From assembly GCA_001782165.1 (NCBI GenBank), contig MFNV01000009.1:56123-120122 (forward strand): a stretch of DNA of 64,000 nucleotides, written 5' to 3'. The stretch is from Candidatus Levybacteria bacterium RIFCSPHIGHO2_01_FULL_41_15 (GTDB lineage: Bacteria; Patescibacteriota; Microgenomatia; Levybacterales; UBA12049). The position numbers were made by a program, and so were the translations under genes. Positions 1 to 11,207 of this stretch are shown in pieces; the stretch's first letter is position 1, and each line of letters starts with the position of its first letter. Below the pieces are notes generated by a model. It saw only the letters and a program-made list of their open reading frames with translations, did not search any database and was not told the DNA's origin.

Positions 1-247
1 CCAAAGTCCAGTCCAGAAATTGCCCTGATCTTGCAGCAACTTTTCCGACAAAAGTTACCTCATCATCCTTAACCCATGATCCCCCTACAGCTGTCCCGGG
101 AACAGATGTCGGAGTCGGAGTTGGGGCAGCTTGAGCAAGGACAGAGTATGGAAGAGCTAATTTAAAGGCTATTAATAAAATTACTAGAAAAGAGAATAAT
201 TTTTTTTTGGGCAGGCCATGCCTGCCGGCGGGCAGGAATTTTTTCAT
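1..247 (-). CDS. Secreted/membrane protein, 5' part (runs off the window start)
   Basis: Manual translation from ATG 247: MKKFLPAGRHGLPKKKLFSFLVILLIAFKLALPYSVLAQAAPTPTPT..., open to position 1; signal peptide followed by a PT linker. Confidence 0.75.
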   Translation of the reverse strand, partial: MKKFLPAGRHGLPKKKLFSFLVILLIAFKLALPYSVLAQAAPTPTPTSVPGTAVGGSWVKDDEVTFVGKVAARSGQFLDWTL

Positions 248-248
248 A

Positions 249-548
249 TTATTGAAAACCCGGAATATGCAAGACGTCAACCGCTATTACCCTAATAAAA
301 ACAAAACCCAAAACAGCAAGAAGAATTCCGGCTATAGAATAGTAAATATAACTCTTCCCTTTCTCAAGTTGTATGGGCTCTCCCTGAGAGGTAAGAACAA
401 GGTAACCCCCGTAAATTATAAAAAGAAGCGCTACTCCCCCTATAAGCCCGAGTCCGATTCCGTAAAATTTCTCTACAAAGGCAAACGGGTCTTTTGGAAT
501 GCAACCTAAATCAGTTTCAATTCCGTCGACTCCATTGAGACAGGCCAT
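249..548 (-). CDS. CPR-type pilin (TrbC/VirB2-like)
   Basis: Two hydrophobic helices around the motif IIYGGY..LTSQGEP..LEKGK, typical of CPR pilins. Confidence 0.7.
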   Translation of the reverse strand: MACLNGVDGIETDLGCIPKDPFAFVEKFYGIGLGLIGGVALLFIIYGGYLVLTSQGEPIQLEKGKSYIYYSIAGILLAVLGFVFIRVIAVDVLHIPGFQ

Positions 549-579
549 ATTCTAATTTTATGGTAGCACAAAAAAAGCG

Positions 580-1473
580 TCAAAACCAATTTCTTTTCTT
601 GCCTTCCTCTTCAAATTTTTTTAATAATTCTCTCTGGTAAGATGTTAATTTATTGGGGATCTGCACTCTTATTTTCAAGTAATGATCGCCTCTTCCTCCT
701 CCTCTGGGATGCGCAACTCCTCTGCCTTTTAGTCTCACCAAAGTCTCGGGCTGAGTTCCGGAAGGAACTTTTATTTTTACAGAGCCATCTATAGTTTCAA
801 CACTTACGGTATCTCCAAGCGCGGCTTTATAAAATGGGAGCTTAAGTTCACTTATTATATCCAAACCTTCTCTTTTAAATCGGGGGTCCTGTCTCACCTG
901 AAGTATTACATCATAATTTCCAAAACGTATTCTTGAACCATCATCAACTCCTCTGGGTATTTTTATATTTTGTGTTTTCCCGTCGATTGTTATTCTTTTT
1001 GTTGTACCGTGAACTGCCTCCATAAAATCAACCTCCAAAGAATAGACAGGTCTTCTCTGTCGCGCGGAAAATGGTGACCCGCCGCCAAAGAACTGTTCAA
1101 AAATTTCAAATGGGTCTGAAAATCCTCCAAAATCAAAATCAAATCCTTCTCCGCCAGTTGTATAGGCATAAGTAAATGGTCCATAACGTTCTGTTGTTTG
1201 CCCTTGAAATCCACCTCCAAATGGCCCAGCTCCTCCGGGAAAACCCTGTGTAAATGCGGCTGAACCAAATTGATCATAAGCTTCCCTTTTTTGAGGATCT
1301 GCTAATACCTCGTAAGCTTGATTTATCTCTTTAAATTTTTCTCCCGCTTCTTTACTTTTGTTTCTGTCAGGGTGGTACTGAAGAGCAAGCTTTCTATAAG
1401 CTTTCTTTACTTCGTCCGCAGTTGCGTTTTTTGAAACTCCTAAAATTTTATAAAAATCTTTTTCTTCTGCCAT
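580..1473 (-). CDS. dnaJ: DnaJ co-chaperone without zinc finger (class B)
   Basis: J domain with HPD, G/F-rich linker, C-terminal domain; located downstream of dnaK. Confidence 0.93.
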   Translation of the reverse strand: MAEEKDFYKILGVSKNATADEVKKAYRKLALQYHPDRNKSKEAGEKFKEINQAYEVLADPQKREAYDQFGSAAFTQGFPGGAGPFGGGFQGQTTERYGPFTYAYTTGGEGFDFDFGGFSDPFEIFEQFFGGGSPFSARQRRPVYSLEVDFMEAVHGTTKRITIDGKTQNIKIPRGVDDGSRIRFGNYDVILQVRQDPRFKREGLDIISELKLPFYKAALGDTVSVETIDGSVKIKVPSGTQPETLVRLKGRGVAHPRGGGRGDHYLKIRVQIPNKLTSYQRELLKKFEEEGKKRNWF

Positions 1474-1570
1474 AAAATCTCCCTGCCTGCCAGCAGACAG
1501 GCAGGTCTATTATAATATAAAAGCGCGGTAAACGCGCTTACTCTAGTTGCTAATTACTAGTATCTAATTA

Positions 1571-3508
1571 CTAGTTGACTACTTCGCCTTCAACAGGTTC
1601 TTCTGGTTGGTCTTCCGATTTTGATTCTGATTTTTTCTCATCTGTTTTTTCTTCACCATCTCCTGTAGTCTGTTGACTGTTGTCGGTTGGCTGTTGACTG
1701 CCTTGTGGTGAACCTGTCGAACTATACATTGCTTGCCCGACTTTCTGGAGTGAATCCGATAAATCTTTGGTCTTTGTTTCCAAATCTTCTTTAGTCCCCG
1801 TATCAAGAACTGATTTAAGGTCAGAAATTTTATCCTCAACTTCTTTTTTAAGAGTCGGGTCAACCTTATCTCCGGCATCCTTAAGCGTCTTTTCTGCTGT
1901 AAAGATCAGTGAGTCAGCAGCGTTTCTTGTCTCAACTTGTTCTTTTTTCTCTTGATCTTCCTTTGCATGTTCTTCTGCTTGTTTTGTCATTGTCTCAACT
2001 TCTTCGCGTGTCAAGCCGGTTGAGCCTGTTATCTTAATACTTTGCTCTTTACCAGTTGCCTTGTCTTGTGCCTTAACATTTAATATTCCATTTGCATCGA
2101 TATCAAAAGTAACTTCAATTTGGGGAACACCACGAGGCGCAGGAGGAATACCGTCTAGAATAAATCTTCCAAGAGATTTGTTATCTTGTACCATTGGCCT
2201 TTCTCCTTGAAGAACATTTATTTCAACCTGTGTCTGATTATCCGCCGCTGTTGAAAAAACTTGTGATTTGGAACTTGGGATAGTTGTATTCCTAGCAATT
2301 AAAGGTGTTGATACCCCTCCTAAAGTTTCTATTCCCAGAGTCAAAGGCGTAACATCCAAAAGTAAGACATCTTTCACTTCTCCTCCTAACACTCCACCTT
2401 GAATAGCTGCTCCGACTGCAACAACTTCATCCGGGTTAACCGATTTATTTGGCTCATTGTTGAAGAATTTTGTAACGGTTTCGGTTACTTTTGGCATTCT
2501 TGTCATGCCACCAACCAAAACTACTTCGTCAACGTCTGATACTTTAATCCCCGCATCTTTTAGGGCAGCTTCGACTGGTTTGACAGTTTTTTGAATTAAA
2601 CCATCAACAATCTGCTCAAGTTTTGAGCGATTTAAAGTCATTGTAAGATGCAAAGGACTTTCTTTCCCTTGAGTTATAAATGGCTGGTTGATTTGAGTTT
2701 CTTGGGCGCTTGATAATTCAATCTTTGCTTTTTCCGCTGCTTCCCTAAGTCTCTGGAGTGCCTGATGATCGCGCCTTAGATCGACTCCGTTTTCTTTTTT
2801 AAATTCTTCGGCAATATAATTTACTATCACTTGGTCAAAGTCGTCTCCACCAAGATGTGTGTCTCCATTGGTTGATTTTACCTCGTATACTCCTTCTCCA
2901 AGCTCAAGAATTGAGATGTCAAAAGTTCCACCGCCCAAATCATAAACAGCAATTGTATGAGCATTTTTCTTATCAAGGCCATAGGAAAGAGCTGCTGCTG
3001 TTGGTTCGTTAATTATTCGAAGAACTTCAAGTCCTGCAATTTCCCCTGCCTGTTTTGTTGCTTGACGCTGGCTATCATCAAAATAGGCTGGAACTGTAAT
3101 AACCGCTTGTGTGACTTTACCGCCCAAATAGGCCTCGGCATCCGATTTAATTTTCTGAAGAATTTGGGCTGAGATTTCCTGGGGAGTAAATGTTCTTCCC
3201 TCAACTTCAACAACTGCCATCCCGTCGCGACCTGCCTTCACTGCATAGGGGAGCCATTTAATATCGTACTGAACCGACTCGTCTTTAAATTTTCTGCCCA
3301 TTAGTCTTTTTATCGAAAAGATTGTTCTTTTTGGCTTTAAAACAAGCTGGCGTTTGGCAACATCTCCCACAACATGAGAAATCGGATCAACCACTGATGG
3401 GATAACATTTCGTCCCTCTCTTGAATGAATAACCTTGGGGTTTCCCCCTTCCATTACTGCAACTGCCGAATTTGTTGTACCTAAATCTATTCCTATTATT
3501 TTTCCCAT
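1571..3508 (-). CDS. dnaK: Chaperone DnaK (Hsp70)
   Basis: GIDLGTTNS and DLGGGTFD motifs. Confidence 0.99.
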   Translation of the reverse strand: MGKIIGIDLGTTNSAVAVMEGGNPKVIHSREGRNVIPSVVDPISHVVGDVAKRQLVLKPKRTIFSIKRLMGRKFKDESVQYDIKWLPYAVKAGRDGMAVVEVEGRTFTPQEISAQILQKIKSDAEAYLGGKVTQAVITVPAYFDDSQRQATKQAGEIAGLEVLRIINEPTAAALSYGLDKKNAHTIAVYDLGGGTFDISILELGEGVYEVKSTNGDTHLGGDDFDQVIVNYIAEEFKKENGVDLRRDHQALQRLREAAEKAKIELSSAQETQINQPFITQGKESPLHLTMTLNRSKLEQIVDGLIQKTVKPVEAALKDAGIKVSDVDEVVLVGGMTRMPKVTETVTKFFNNEPNKSVNPDEVVAVGAAIQGGVLGGEVKDVLLLDVTPLTLGIETLGGVSTPLIARNTTIPSSKSQVFSTAADNQTQVEINVLQGERPMVQDNKSLGRFILDGIPPAPRGVPQIEVTFDIDANGILNVKAQDKATGKEQSIKITGSTGLTREEVETMTKQAEEHAKEDQEKKEQVETRNAADSLIFTAEKTLKDAGDKVDPTLKKEVEDKISDLKSVLDTGTKEDLETKTKDLSDSLQKVGQAMYSSTGSPQGSQQPTDNSQQTTGDGEEKTDEKKSESKSEDQPEEPVEGEVVN

Positions 3509-3550
3509 AAGATTCTAGTTCTTAGTAAACTAGCGACTAGTAACTAGTGG

Positions 3551-4006
3551 CTAATTGCTAGTTGCTAACTTGCCTTGTCCTACAACCACCTGTGCGGGCC
3601 TTAAAAGTTTGTCGTCTAACATATATCCCGGACTTAATTCCTCAAGGACCCTATTTTCTTCTCCCTCACCGGTTTGTACTGCCTCCATAATTGTTGGGTC
3701 AAAGTCTTTATCTTTAGTTTCGATTCTTTTGACTCCCTCCCCATCAAGAACATCAAAAATTTTCATAATACTAAGTTTTAACCCATCATCTTGCGTATGT
3801 TTTAGGGCAAGCTCTAAAGTGTCAAGCGCCGGCAAGATTCTTAGAATCAATCCTCTATTTGCCGATTTTATTAATTCTTCTTTTTCAAGCGCTACTCTTT
3901 TTTCTAAATTTTGGTAATCTGCTAACGTTCTCTTTAACTGTCCTTCAAGCTCTTTCTCTTGTGTTTCTAATTCTTTTGTCTTTTCTTGTTTTGTTTTCTT
4001 CGCCAT
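3551..4006 (-). CDS. grpE: Nucleotide exchange factor GrpE
   Basis: ADYQNLEKR, FDP and GY...LLRPAQVVV motifs; operon context. Confidence 0.95.
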   Translation of the reverse strand: MAKKTKQEKTKELETQEKELEGQLKRTLADYQNLEKRVALEKEELIKSANRGLILRILPALDTLELALKHTQDDGLKLSIMKIFDVLDGEGVKRIETKDKDFDPTIMEAVQTGEGEENRVLEELSPGYMLDDKLLRPAQVVVGQGKLATSN

Positions 4007-4056
4007 TTTTCATTCTCAATTGTCAATTGTAAATAGTCAATTGTCAATTTGTTAAC

Positions 4057-4794
4057 TTACCATCCTTCAGCCAATTCTTTTATTAAATTACTGAAGTATC
4101 TCACCATAGGCACCACACTGGTATAATTTAATCTTGTGGGTCCTATAACTGCAACCTCCCCTGTTGTATGTTTCGAAGTTTTATAATGACTAAATACAAA
4201 ACCATATGGCCCCGCGAGTCTTGGTCCCAATTCTTCTCCGAACAAAATATGGATATCTTCTTTACTATCGTTCTCGGGAGTCTGGAAAATATTACTAAAG
4301 TATTCCATCTCATCAATGACACTCAAAAGATTCTTTGTTATGTCAATATCAAAAAATTCCGGCATATCTAGGACATTTGAATAACCAGAGCAGAAAAAAT
4401 CTCCATCATCTGTCGTAACAATTGATAAAGCTTTGGTTTTGTCTGCAAGAGATTTTGCAACTTCCTTAAGAAGTTTTTGCTGTTGTTTTCTAAGATCCCA
4501 CACCTTTTCTTTAAGCTCCACCTCTTCAGCAATCGATATTTCTTTTTCCTTCATGAGCTGATTTACATAGAACTTCATACCAGCAGATGTTGGGGTTCTT
4601 CCAGATGAAGAATGGGGTTTCTGAAGATATCCCATTTCTGTAAGTTTAACCATTTCATTTCGGATTGTAGCCGGAGATGCGCTTATATTTCTTTTCTTCT
4701 CCAAAGTTTCAGAACCGACAGGAACTGCTGTTTCGATATACTCCTCGATTAAGTTTTTTAAAATTTCTATCTGTCTTTGAGTCAAGTTGTGCAT
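4057..4794 (-). CDS. hrcA: Heat-inducible repressor HrcA
   Basis: SPATIRNEM, PHSSSGRTPT and IGPTRLNY motifs. Confidence 0.96.
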   Translation of the reverse strand: MHNLTQRQIEILKNLIEEYIETAVPVGSETLEKKRNISASPATIRNEMVKLTEMGYLQKPHSSSGRTPTSAGMKFYVNQLMKEKEISIAEEVELKEKVWDLRKQQQKLLKEVAKSLADKTKALSIVTTDDGDFFCSGYSNVLDMPEFFDIDITKNLLSVIDEMEYFSNIFQTPENDSKEDIHILFGEELGPRLAGPYGFVFSHYKTSKHTTGEVAVIGPTRLNYTSVVPMVRYFSNLIKELAEGW

Positions 4795-4842
4795 AATAAA
4801 AACCTAAAGCTTAAATCTTAAATGTCAAAACTCGAGATAAAA

Positions 4843-4869
4843 TTAGCACTAATATAACATGACTGCTAA
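4843..4869. promoter_or_regulatory. CIRCE operator of the hrcA-grpE-dnaK-dnaJ operon
   Basis: TTAGCACTA-N9-GACTGCTAA versus consensus TTAGCACTC-N9-GAGTGCTAA; a minus-strand TTGACA lies just upstream. Confidence 0.9.
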
Positions 4870-4912
4870 GCTCTGTCAAGTAGTATTTTCTGTATCTCTT
4901 TTCTTTTTTTTA

Positions 4913-5086
4913 TTGCCACTCCGCACGCTGAATGCATGATAAGTTAAGCGAACGACTCAGGGGGATTCCTCACAAACCTGTTGAGGAGGGGGTGAAATCA
5001 CCCGAGGAGTGAGCTTAACTTTGAAAGCATGAGGCAAGGCGTGGCAAGAGTTCCTTGTTCTCTTGTCGACACAAGAGAACAAGGAA
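4913..5086. ncRNA. Candidate structured ncRNA (nested stems) plus a perfect 16-bp hairpin
   Basis: TTGCCAC(4913)/GTGGCAA(5041), AAGTTAAGC(4941)/GCTTAACTT(5013), internal hairpins CCTCA..TGAGG and GGGTGA-AA-TCACCC; hairpin 5051-5086. Confidence 0.45.
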
Positions 5087-5109
5087 AAATTTATGCTAAA
5101 CTATTTCTT

Positions 5110-5445
5110 ATGAGAAAAATCAGAAAATTCCTGCCACTACTTTTTCTCGGCCTTTCCCTTCTTGGAATTCTAGTTTTTCTAATTATAAACTTCCCTCCAA
5201 ATTTCTATATGAATTTTGGAATATTAAAGATTAATAGTTTTTACATCTTTTTAATTTCTCTCTTTGTCTCAGGCTTTGGGATTTTTTCTTTTATCTTAAG
5301 GAATTTCCGGCGAGGATTCTTTATAGGCTTATTCTCAGTTGTCTTTTTCTATCTCCGCTACCTTAATCTCACTCATATTTTTTTCCTTATTATGCTTCTT
5401 ATAATCTTTGTTTGTCTTGAACTGTTCTTTATTCATAAAAAATAA
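5110..5445 (+). CDS. Small multi-TM membrane protein
   Basis: Hydrophobic ORF; ATG 5110 preferred over 5029 because TGcTAAACT lies 7 nt upstream and 5029 falls in the structured region. Confidence 0.75.
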   Translation: MRKIRKFLPLLFLGLSLLGILVFLIINFPPNFYMNFGILKINSFYIFLISLFVSGFGIFSFILRNFRRGFFIGLFSVVFFYLRYLNLTHIFFLIMLLIIFVCLELFFIHKK

Positions 5446-5609
5446 TCGTCTTGTCTATAATTTTACTTCCTTAAATAAAAATGTCTGTCTTTTTCATGCT
5501 TTTAGGAAAAAGACGCAGAAAACTCCGCGATGAGAAATAAAAACAGCTTTGAATAGCTTGGTTGAAATAAATCCTTGTTCGCTTTTTCCTTGTCTGATAA
5601 AATTGCTTC

Positions 5610-7064
5610 ATGGACAAACCAAATAAATTTTATATTACGAACGCGATTCCTTATGTCAATGCAAAGCCCCACATCGGACATGCCATGGAGTTTGTGCAGT
5701 CGGATACCATTGCAAGATTTCATAGGCAGATGGGAGAAGACGTTCTTCTTCTTTGCGGTTCTGATGAAAATGCTTTAAAAAATGTTCAGGCCGCAGAAGA
5801 AGAAAAGATTTCTGTGCAGGAACTGGTTGATAAAAATAGCAAGCTTTTTGAAGACCTTGCAAGAAAATTGAATGTTCAATTTGATATTTTTCAAAGAGGA
5901 AGTGACCCAAATCATCATAAATCCTCACAAAAATTGTGGGAACTTTGTTTTAAAAGCGGGGATATCTATAAAAAACAATACACTGGACTCTATTGCGTTG
6001 GTTGTGAACTATTTTATGAAAAGAATGAGCTGAATGAAAAAAGCGAATGTTTCGAACACCCTGGAAAAAAACTTGAGAAGGTTTCAGAGGAAAATTACTT
6101 TTTCAAACTTTCTAAATACCAAGCTGAAATAGGAAAGATTATTAAATCTGATCAAATACAAATTACCCCTGAAAACCGAAAAAAAGAGGTTCTTAATTTT
6201 ATAAAACAGGGCCTTAAGGACATAAGCATATCAAGATCCAACAAGAGAGCCAAAAACTGGGGAGTTTCTGTTCCAAATGATCCGACTCAAAAAATGTATG
6301 TTTGGTTTGATGCTTTAAACATTTATCAAAGCGGAACGGGATTTGCACTAGATGATAAAAAATATAAAAAATGGTGGCCTTGCGACCTTCATGTTATAGG
6401 AAAAGGAATCTTAAGATTTCATGCCATTTACTGGCCTGCTTTTCTTCTATCTGCCGGTCTTGCCCTTCCTAAGAAAATTTTTGTACATGAGTACATAACT
6501 GTAAATGGACAAAAGATGTCAAAAACCTTAGGAAATGTGATCGATCCTCTAAGTTTGATCGAAAAGTATGGCACCGATCCCCTACGTTATTATTTCTTGC
6601 GTCACATATCGCCTTTTGTAGACGGTGATTTTTCGGAAGACAAATTTAAAAAAGTTTATAATTCCGATTTGGCAAACGGGCTTGGAAATCTTATCTCAAG
6701 AGTTTCAAAACTTTGCGAAAATTCTAATTATATTCAGATGGGGTCTGCCTTACGAATTTCGGAGCACTTAATACAAATTGAGGAATACTCAAAGGCAATG
6801 CTCGAGTTTCGTTTTAATGACGCTTTATCTTTTGTTTTTAGAAAAATCGCAGATTTAGATAAATTTATTAACAATGAAAGGCCGTGGGATTTGCTTAAAA
6901 ATGAGGACAGTAGATTAAAATCAATACTTGCTCATTCAGTCGATCAGATTCAGGAAATCGCAGCTCTTTTAGAACCGTTTCTTTCTGAAACCGCCAAAAA
7001 AATCGAAAACCAATTCCAAGGACCAGAAATAGTTTCTCAAAAGCCACTATTTCCGAGAATCTAA
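5610..7064 (+). CDS. metG: Methionine--tRNA ligase
   Basis: PYVN..PHIGH (HIGH), YVWFDAL and KMSKT motifs. Confidence 0.97.
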   Translation: MDKPNKFYITNAIPYVNAKPHIGHAMEFVQSDTIARFHRQMGEDVLLLCGSDENALKNVQAAEEEKISVQELVDKNSKLFEDLARKLNVQFDIFQRGSDPNHHKSSQKLWELCFKSGDIYKKQYTGLYCVGCELFYEKNELNEKSECFEHPGKKLEKVSEENYFFKLSKYQAEIGKIIKSDQIQITPENRKKEVLNFIKQGLKDISISRSNKRAKNWGVSVPNDPTQKMYVWFDALNIYQSGTGFALDDKKYKKWWPCDLHVIGKGILRFHAIYWPAFLLSAGLALPKKIFVHEYITVNGQKMSKTLGNVIDPLSLIEKYGTDPLRYYFLRHISPFVDGDFSEDKFKKVYNSDLANGLGNLISRVSKLCENSNYIQMGSALRISEHLIQIEEYSKAMLEFRFNDALSFVFRKIADLDKFINNERPWDLLKNEDSRLKSILAHSVDQIQEIAALLEPFLSETAKKIENQFQGPEIVSQKPLFPRI

Positions 7065-7100
7065 AGTTTGAATTCTGAATTTTAAATTCTAAATTTTTCT

Positions 7101-7901
7101 ATGGTTGACGTTCATTGTCATTTAAATTTCCATTCTTTTGAAAAAGACTACGATGAAGTTATAAAAAGGGCTTTTAATAAGGGGATTAAAAAAATTATAA
7201 ATGTCGGGACAAAGATCGATTCAAGTCAAAAAGCAGTCGAGCTTGCAGAAAAATATAAAAATTTATACGCGATTATAGGAGTTCATCCTCATCATGCGGA
7301 TAAACTTGAGAAAGATTGGATCGCAAAATTAGAAAAACTTTGTAAAAATTCCAAGGTTGTTGGAATCGGAGAATGCGGAATGGATTTTTATAGATATAAG
7401 TCAAACGGCATTATTGATGTCAAACTTCAAAAAGATGTTTTTGTAAAACAAATTGAGCTTTCCTTAAAACTTAAACTTCCCCTTCAAATCCACAACAGAC
7501 ATGCAGGAAAAGAAATTCTTGATATTTTAAGCCACTATAAAAGTGACTTATTAAACCCGCCGGGAATGTTTCACTGCATGTCGGGAAACCTGGACTTTTT
7601 AAAAAGAGTTCTTGGTCTTGGATTCTACATTGGTTTTGACGGAAATATTACTTATAAAGGTATTGCGCCCGGCGAAGATACGCTACTTTCCGATCTAATT
7701 AAGGCTACCCCCTTCACTAGAATCGTGACTGAAACAGATAGTCCGTTCCTTGCGCCTGTGCCTTTCAGAGGTAGAAGAAATACACCCTCCTATGTTATAA
7801 TCGTTGGGCAATTCATAGCTAAAATTAAAGGGATTTCTTTTGAAAAACTAGAAGAGCAAACGTCCCTCAATGCTGACCGGATTTTTAATTTTAAATCTTA
7901 A
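7101..7901 (+). CDS. tatD: TatD family DNase
   Basis: DVHCHL, GVHPH, IGECGMD and ETDSPFL motifs. Confidence 0.95.
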   Translation: MVDVHCHLNFHSFEKDYDEVIKRAFNKGIKKIINVGTKIDSSQKAVELAEKYKNLYAIIGVHPHHADKLEKDWIAKLEKLCKNSKVVGIGECGMDFYRYKSNGIIDVKLQKDVFVKQIELSLKLKLPLQIHNRHAGKEILDILSHYKSDLLNPPGMFHCMSGNLDFLKRVLGLGFYIGFDGNITYKGIAPGEDTLLSDLIKATPFTRIVTETDSPFLAPVPFRGRRNTPSYVIIVGQFIAKIKGISFEKLEEQTSLNADRIFNFKS

Positions 7902-7910
7902 AACTTATTT

Positions 7911-9404
7911 ATGACAAACTTTTTCAATAAAATTTTTATAAGATATCCTATAAAGACAAGGAGATTGCTTGAGCTTATTCCTGGACTTTTCTCCTGGACA
8001 TTAGTAACATTTCCAGTTTGGGGTTCATTAACTGTTCCCTACGCTGTTGCTTATTTTATTCTTTTTTTTGACATATATTGGCTTTATAAATCTTTCTCTG
8101 TCGCAGTCACATCTTTTATTTCCTCAAATAAAATAAAAGAGTCCGAGCGAGAAAACTGGCTTGAGAAAGCATCTAGTCTTTCGGATTTCAATAAATTAAA
8201 CCACATAGTTATTATTCCAAATTACAGGGAGGGGGTAGAGAAATTAAGGACAACGATTCAAAGTATTGCCATGCAAACGTTTCCAACAAAAAAAATATAT
8301 ATAGTCCTGGCAATGGAAAAAAGAGAGAAGGATGTAGGGAAAAAAGCAGAGGATTTAATAAACGAATTCAGTGGTACATTTGGAGAAATATTTGCAACTT
8401 ATCATCCGGATATAAAAGGGGAAGTAAAAGGGAAATCATCCAACCAGGCTTATGCAGGCAAGATTATCTATAAACTACTTATCGGCTCAGGTAGACTTGA
8501 TATTGATTTTACCACGATATCGTCTGTGGATTCAGATTCAATCTTTGATAAACAATATTTTTCATATCTTACCTACAGCTTTATAGAAGATGAGAAAAGG
8601 TACAACACTTTCTGGCAGTCTGCAAATGTTAATTATAATAATTTTTGGAAGATACCTGCGCCCACCCGCGTCATCGCTTTTTTTGGAAGTATTTGGAGAA
8701 TGGCAGTTCTTATTCAAAAGGATAAACTTGTTTCAAATTCTACTTACTCACTATCGCTTAAGCTTCTTAAGAGAATCGGCTTCTGGGATACAGATGTAAT
8801 TCCTGAAGACTATAGAATTTTTTTCAAAGCATTTTACAGACTAAAAGGTGATGCATGGGTAAAACCCATATTCCTTAAAACCTCGATGGATGCTCCGCTT
8901 TCCAAAACATTTTGGAAAAGTATCAAAAGCAAATACGACCAGGAAAGAAGATGGTCGTGGGGAGTTTCCGATGACCCACTTTTTATCAAATGGTGGCTTA
9001 CGGTTCCCGATGTTCCATTTGTTAGAAAAACAATTATGCTCTACAATGTTCTCATAGATCATTTTCTCTGGCCTGTAAACTGGTTTATAATTACAATTGC
9101 AGCAAATATAATTACATTTTTAAATCCTGTATTCTCAAGGACTACTCTTGGGTATCGTCTCCCAACCATCGCAGGAGCAATTTTGACGACATGTTTGTTT
9201 GCTCTTTTAGTTTTGGTAATTATTGATTTCAGAACAAGACCAAAAAGCCACTCTTTAGGAAGGGTCCGAGAATTTCTTTTTCCTCTTGAATTTATACTTC
9301 TTCCTATAGTTGGATTCTTTTTAAATGCTCTTCCTGCTCTTATATCCCATACACAGCTTATGCTTGGAAAAAAAATTGAATATAAAGTAACAGAGAAGAT
9401 ATGA
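7911..9404 (+). CDS. Membrane glycosyltransferase, family 2
   Basis: IIPNYRE, KGKSSN, DSD, PED and QERRW (QxxRW) motifs; TM helices. Confidence 0.88.
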   Translation: MTNFFNKIFIRYPIKTRRLLELIPGLFSWTLVTFPVWGSLTVPYAVAYFILFFDIYWLYKSFSVAVTSFISSNKIKESERENWLEKASSLSDFNKLNHIVIIPNYREGVEKLRTTIQSIAMQTFPTKKIYIVLAMEKREKDVGKKAEDLINEFSGTFGEIFATYHPDIKGEVKGKSSNQAYAGKIIYKLLIGSGRLDIDFTTISSVDSDSIFDKQYFSYLTYSFIEDEKRYNTFWQSANVNYNNFWKIPAPTRVIAFFGSIWRMAVLIQKDKLVSNSTYSLSLKLLKRIGFWDTDVIPEDYRIFFKAFYRLKGDAWVKPIFLKTSMDAPLSKTFWKSIKSKYDQERRWSWGVSDDPLFIKWWLTVPDVPFVRKTIMLYNVLIDHFLWPVNWFIITIAANIITFLNPVFSRTTLGYRLPTIAGAILTTCLFALLVLVIIDFRTRPKSHSLGRVREFLFPLEFILLPIVGFFLNALPALISHTQLMLGKKIEYKVTEKI

Positions 9405-10870
9405 AGTTTCTGTCAAAAGCTGAAAAGAGCAAAGATTTTTGGTTTATTTTAATAACCTCAATCTTCTTTTTTATCCTGAGATTCCCCTCCCTTTTTGAGC
9501 CATACTGGTACGGAGACGAGGGAATATATCATGTCTTAGGACTTGGGATAAGACATGGGAGAGTTCTCTACGCAGGTATCTGGGATAATAAACCTCCTCT
9601 TCTTTATTTGATCTATGGTCTTTTCTCTTCGGATCAATTTTACATAAGGCTTTTCTCCCTTATCTTCGGAATTTTATCGACAGTTGTGTTTTTCTTTCTT
9701 GCCAAAAAACTTTTCTACAATGGGAAAGAACACAGCAAGGCTGTCTATTGGTCTTGTGGAGTTTTTGCTCTTCTTTTTGCTCTCCCGCTTCTTGAAGGAA
9801 ATATTGCAAACGCAGAAAATTTTATGCTTCTCCCTATACTTCTTGCCGCGCTTATTATCTTAAAAGATAAAATTAAATCCTCGACTCTTTTTCTGTCAGG
9901 AGTTTTAATTGGAATTGCCTTCCTCTTTAAAATAGTAGGAATCTTTGATTTTGCTGCATTTTTTGCATTCCTTTTTATCCTAAGTCTCCCAAGAAAAATA
10001 GCAAATTTTAAAAAGGTTGTTATAAATTCCGCAGTCAGCCTCTTTCCTTTTATCTTAGGGTTTATCTCCCTTTTTGTTTTAACTTCCCTGTTCTTTCTCG
10101 GAGACGCATTTAAATTTTTCCTGCAAGCCGTATTCGTTCAAAATGTCGGATATGTCGGGTATGGCAATAAATTTCTCATTCCACAAGGACTTTTAATTTT
10201 CAAATTGGTCATTCTCTCCGTCTTCCTGTTTTATCTCTTTATAAAAAGGGGGAATTTTACAAAAACAGCGCTTTTTATCCTTATCTGGTTTTCTTTTTCT
10301 TTATTCAACGCTCTTTTCTCCCAAAGACCCTACACCCACTATCTTTTGGTGCTTATCCCAAGTCTTTCTCTTCTGGTTGGCCTCCTGATTTTTGAGAAAA
10401 AAAATCAAACCATTCCTCTGTCTCTGTTTGTCTTATCACTTTTCTTTATTATTACAAACTTCAATCTTTATGGAAAAACTCCTTTTTACTATCAAAACTT
10501 TTTGTCCTTTATTTTGGGCAGAAAAAGTGTAAGTTCATATAGAGAATTCTTCGACAGAAAAACGTCAAACGATTATGAAATCGCACAGTATGTTAATGCA
10601 AAAACCAGAAAAAATGACCAGATTTTTATTTGGGGCAATAATGCCCAAGTTTACAAACTTACTGATAGACTTCCTCCCGGCAGATATACTGTGGCATATC
10701 ATATAACAGGCTTTAATGATGGGTACAAAAATACCGAAGGTGCTTTAATGAAAGTAAAACCAAGATTCATAATTATTATGGACGGGCAACCGGTTTTTCC
10801 ATTTTCTCTATCTTCATATCAACCAGCGATGAAAATTGGCAGAGGATCTATCTATGAGAGGATTTTTTGA
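9401..10870 (+). CDS. GT-C glycosyltransferase (ArnT/PMT_2-like)
   Basis: GDEGIY..WDNKPPL motif; multiple TM helices. Confidence 0.8.
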   Translation: MKFLSKAEKSKDFWFILITSIFFFILRFPSLFEPYWYGDEGIYHVLGLGIRHGRVLYAGIWDNKPPLLYLIYGLFSSDQFYIRLFSLIFGILSTVVFFFLAKKLFYNGKEHSKAVYWSCGVFALLFALPLLEGNIANAENFMLLPILLAALIILKDKIKSSTLFLSGVLIGIAFLFKIVGIFDFAAFFAFLFILSLPRKIANFKKVVINSAVSLFPFILGFISLFVLTSLFFLGDAFKFFLQAVFVQNVGYVGYGNKFLIPQGLLIFKLVILSVFLFYLFIKRGNFTKTALFILIWFSFSLFNALFSQRPYTHYLLVLIPSLSLLVGLLIFEKKNQTIPLSLFVLSLFFIITNFNLYGKTPFYYQNFLSFILGRKSVSSYREFFDRKTSNDYEIAQYVNAKTRKNDQIFIWGNNAQVYKLTDRLPPGRYTVAYHITGFNDGYKNTEGALMKVKPRFIIIMDGQPVFPFSLSSYQPAMKIGRGSIYERIF

Positions 10871-11207
10871 TGAAGCGGGGAAAGATAAAATTATAACAGG
10901 AGGCTTTTTAATAACCTTCTTTTTGATTTTACTTAGTTTTTCCTATATATTGATTAATTTAAGCTCAATCCCTTCCTATATTCCCCTTTTTAATCAGCTC
11001 CCTTGGGGAGAAGAAAGACTCGGAACGACATTTATGATTTTTTTGCCGACAGGCGGAGTATTATTAATTTCTTTCGTAAATCTTGTTGTTTCTGTCTTTA
11101 TATATTCTAAATCTCAAATGATTGCACGGATGCTTGCAATAACGAGTCTCCTAATCGCTTTTCTTTCTTTTATTTTTATTGTGCGTACAATTAATCTTAT
11201 TACCTAA
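10836..11207 (+). CDS. Small membrane protein (DUF1648-like)
   Basis: IPLFNQLPWG loop between TM helices; true start may be 10854. Confidence 0.6.
   Translation: MAEDLSMRGFFDEAGKDKIITGGFLITFFLILLSFSYILINLSSIPSYIPLFNQLPWGEERLGTTFMIFLPTGGVLLISFVNLVVSVFIYSKSQMIARMLAITSLLIAFLSFIFIVRTINLIT

Noticed and set aside
5029-5109. N-terminal extension of the 5029 ORF
   Set aside because: It overlaps the structured region and hairpin; a better start with a -10 box is at 5110
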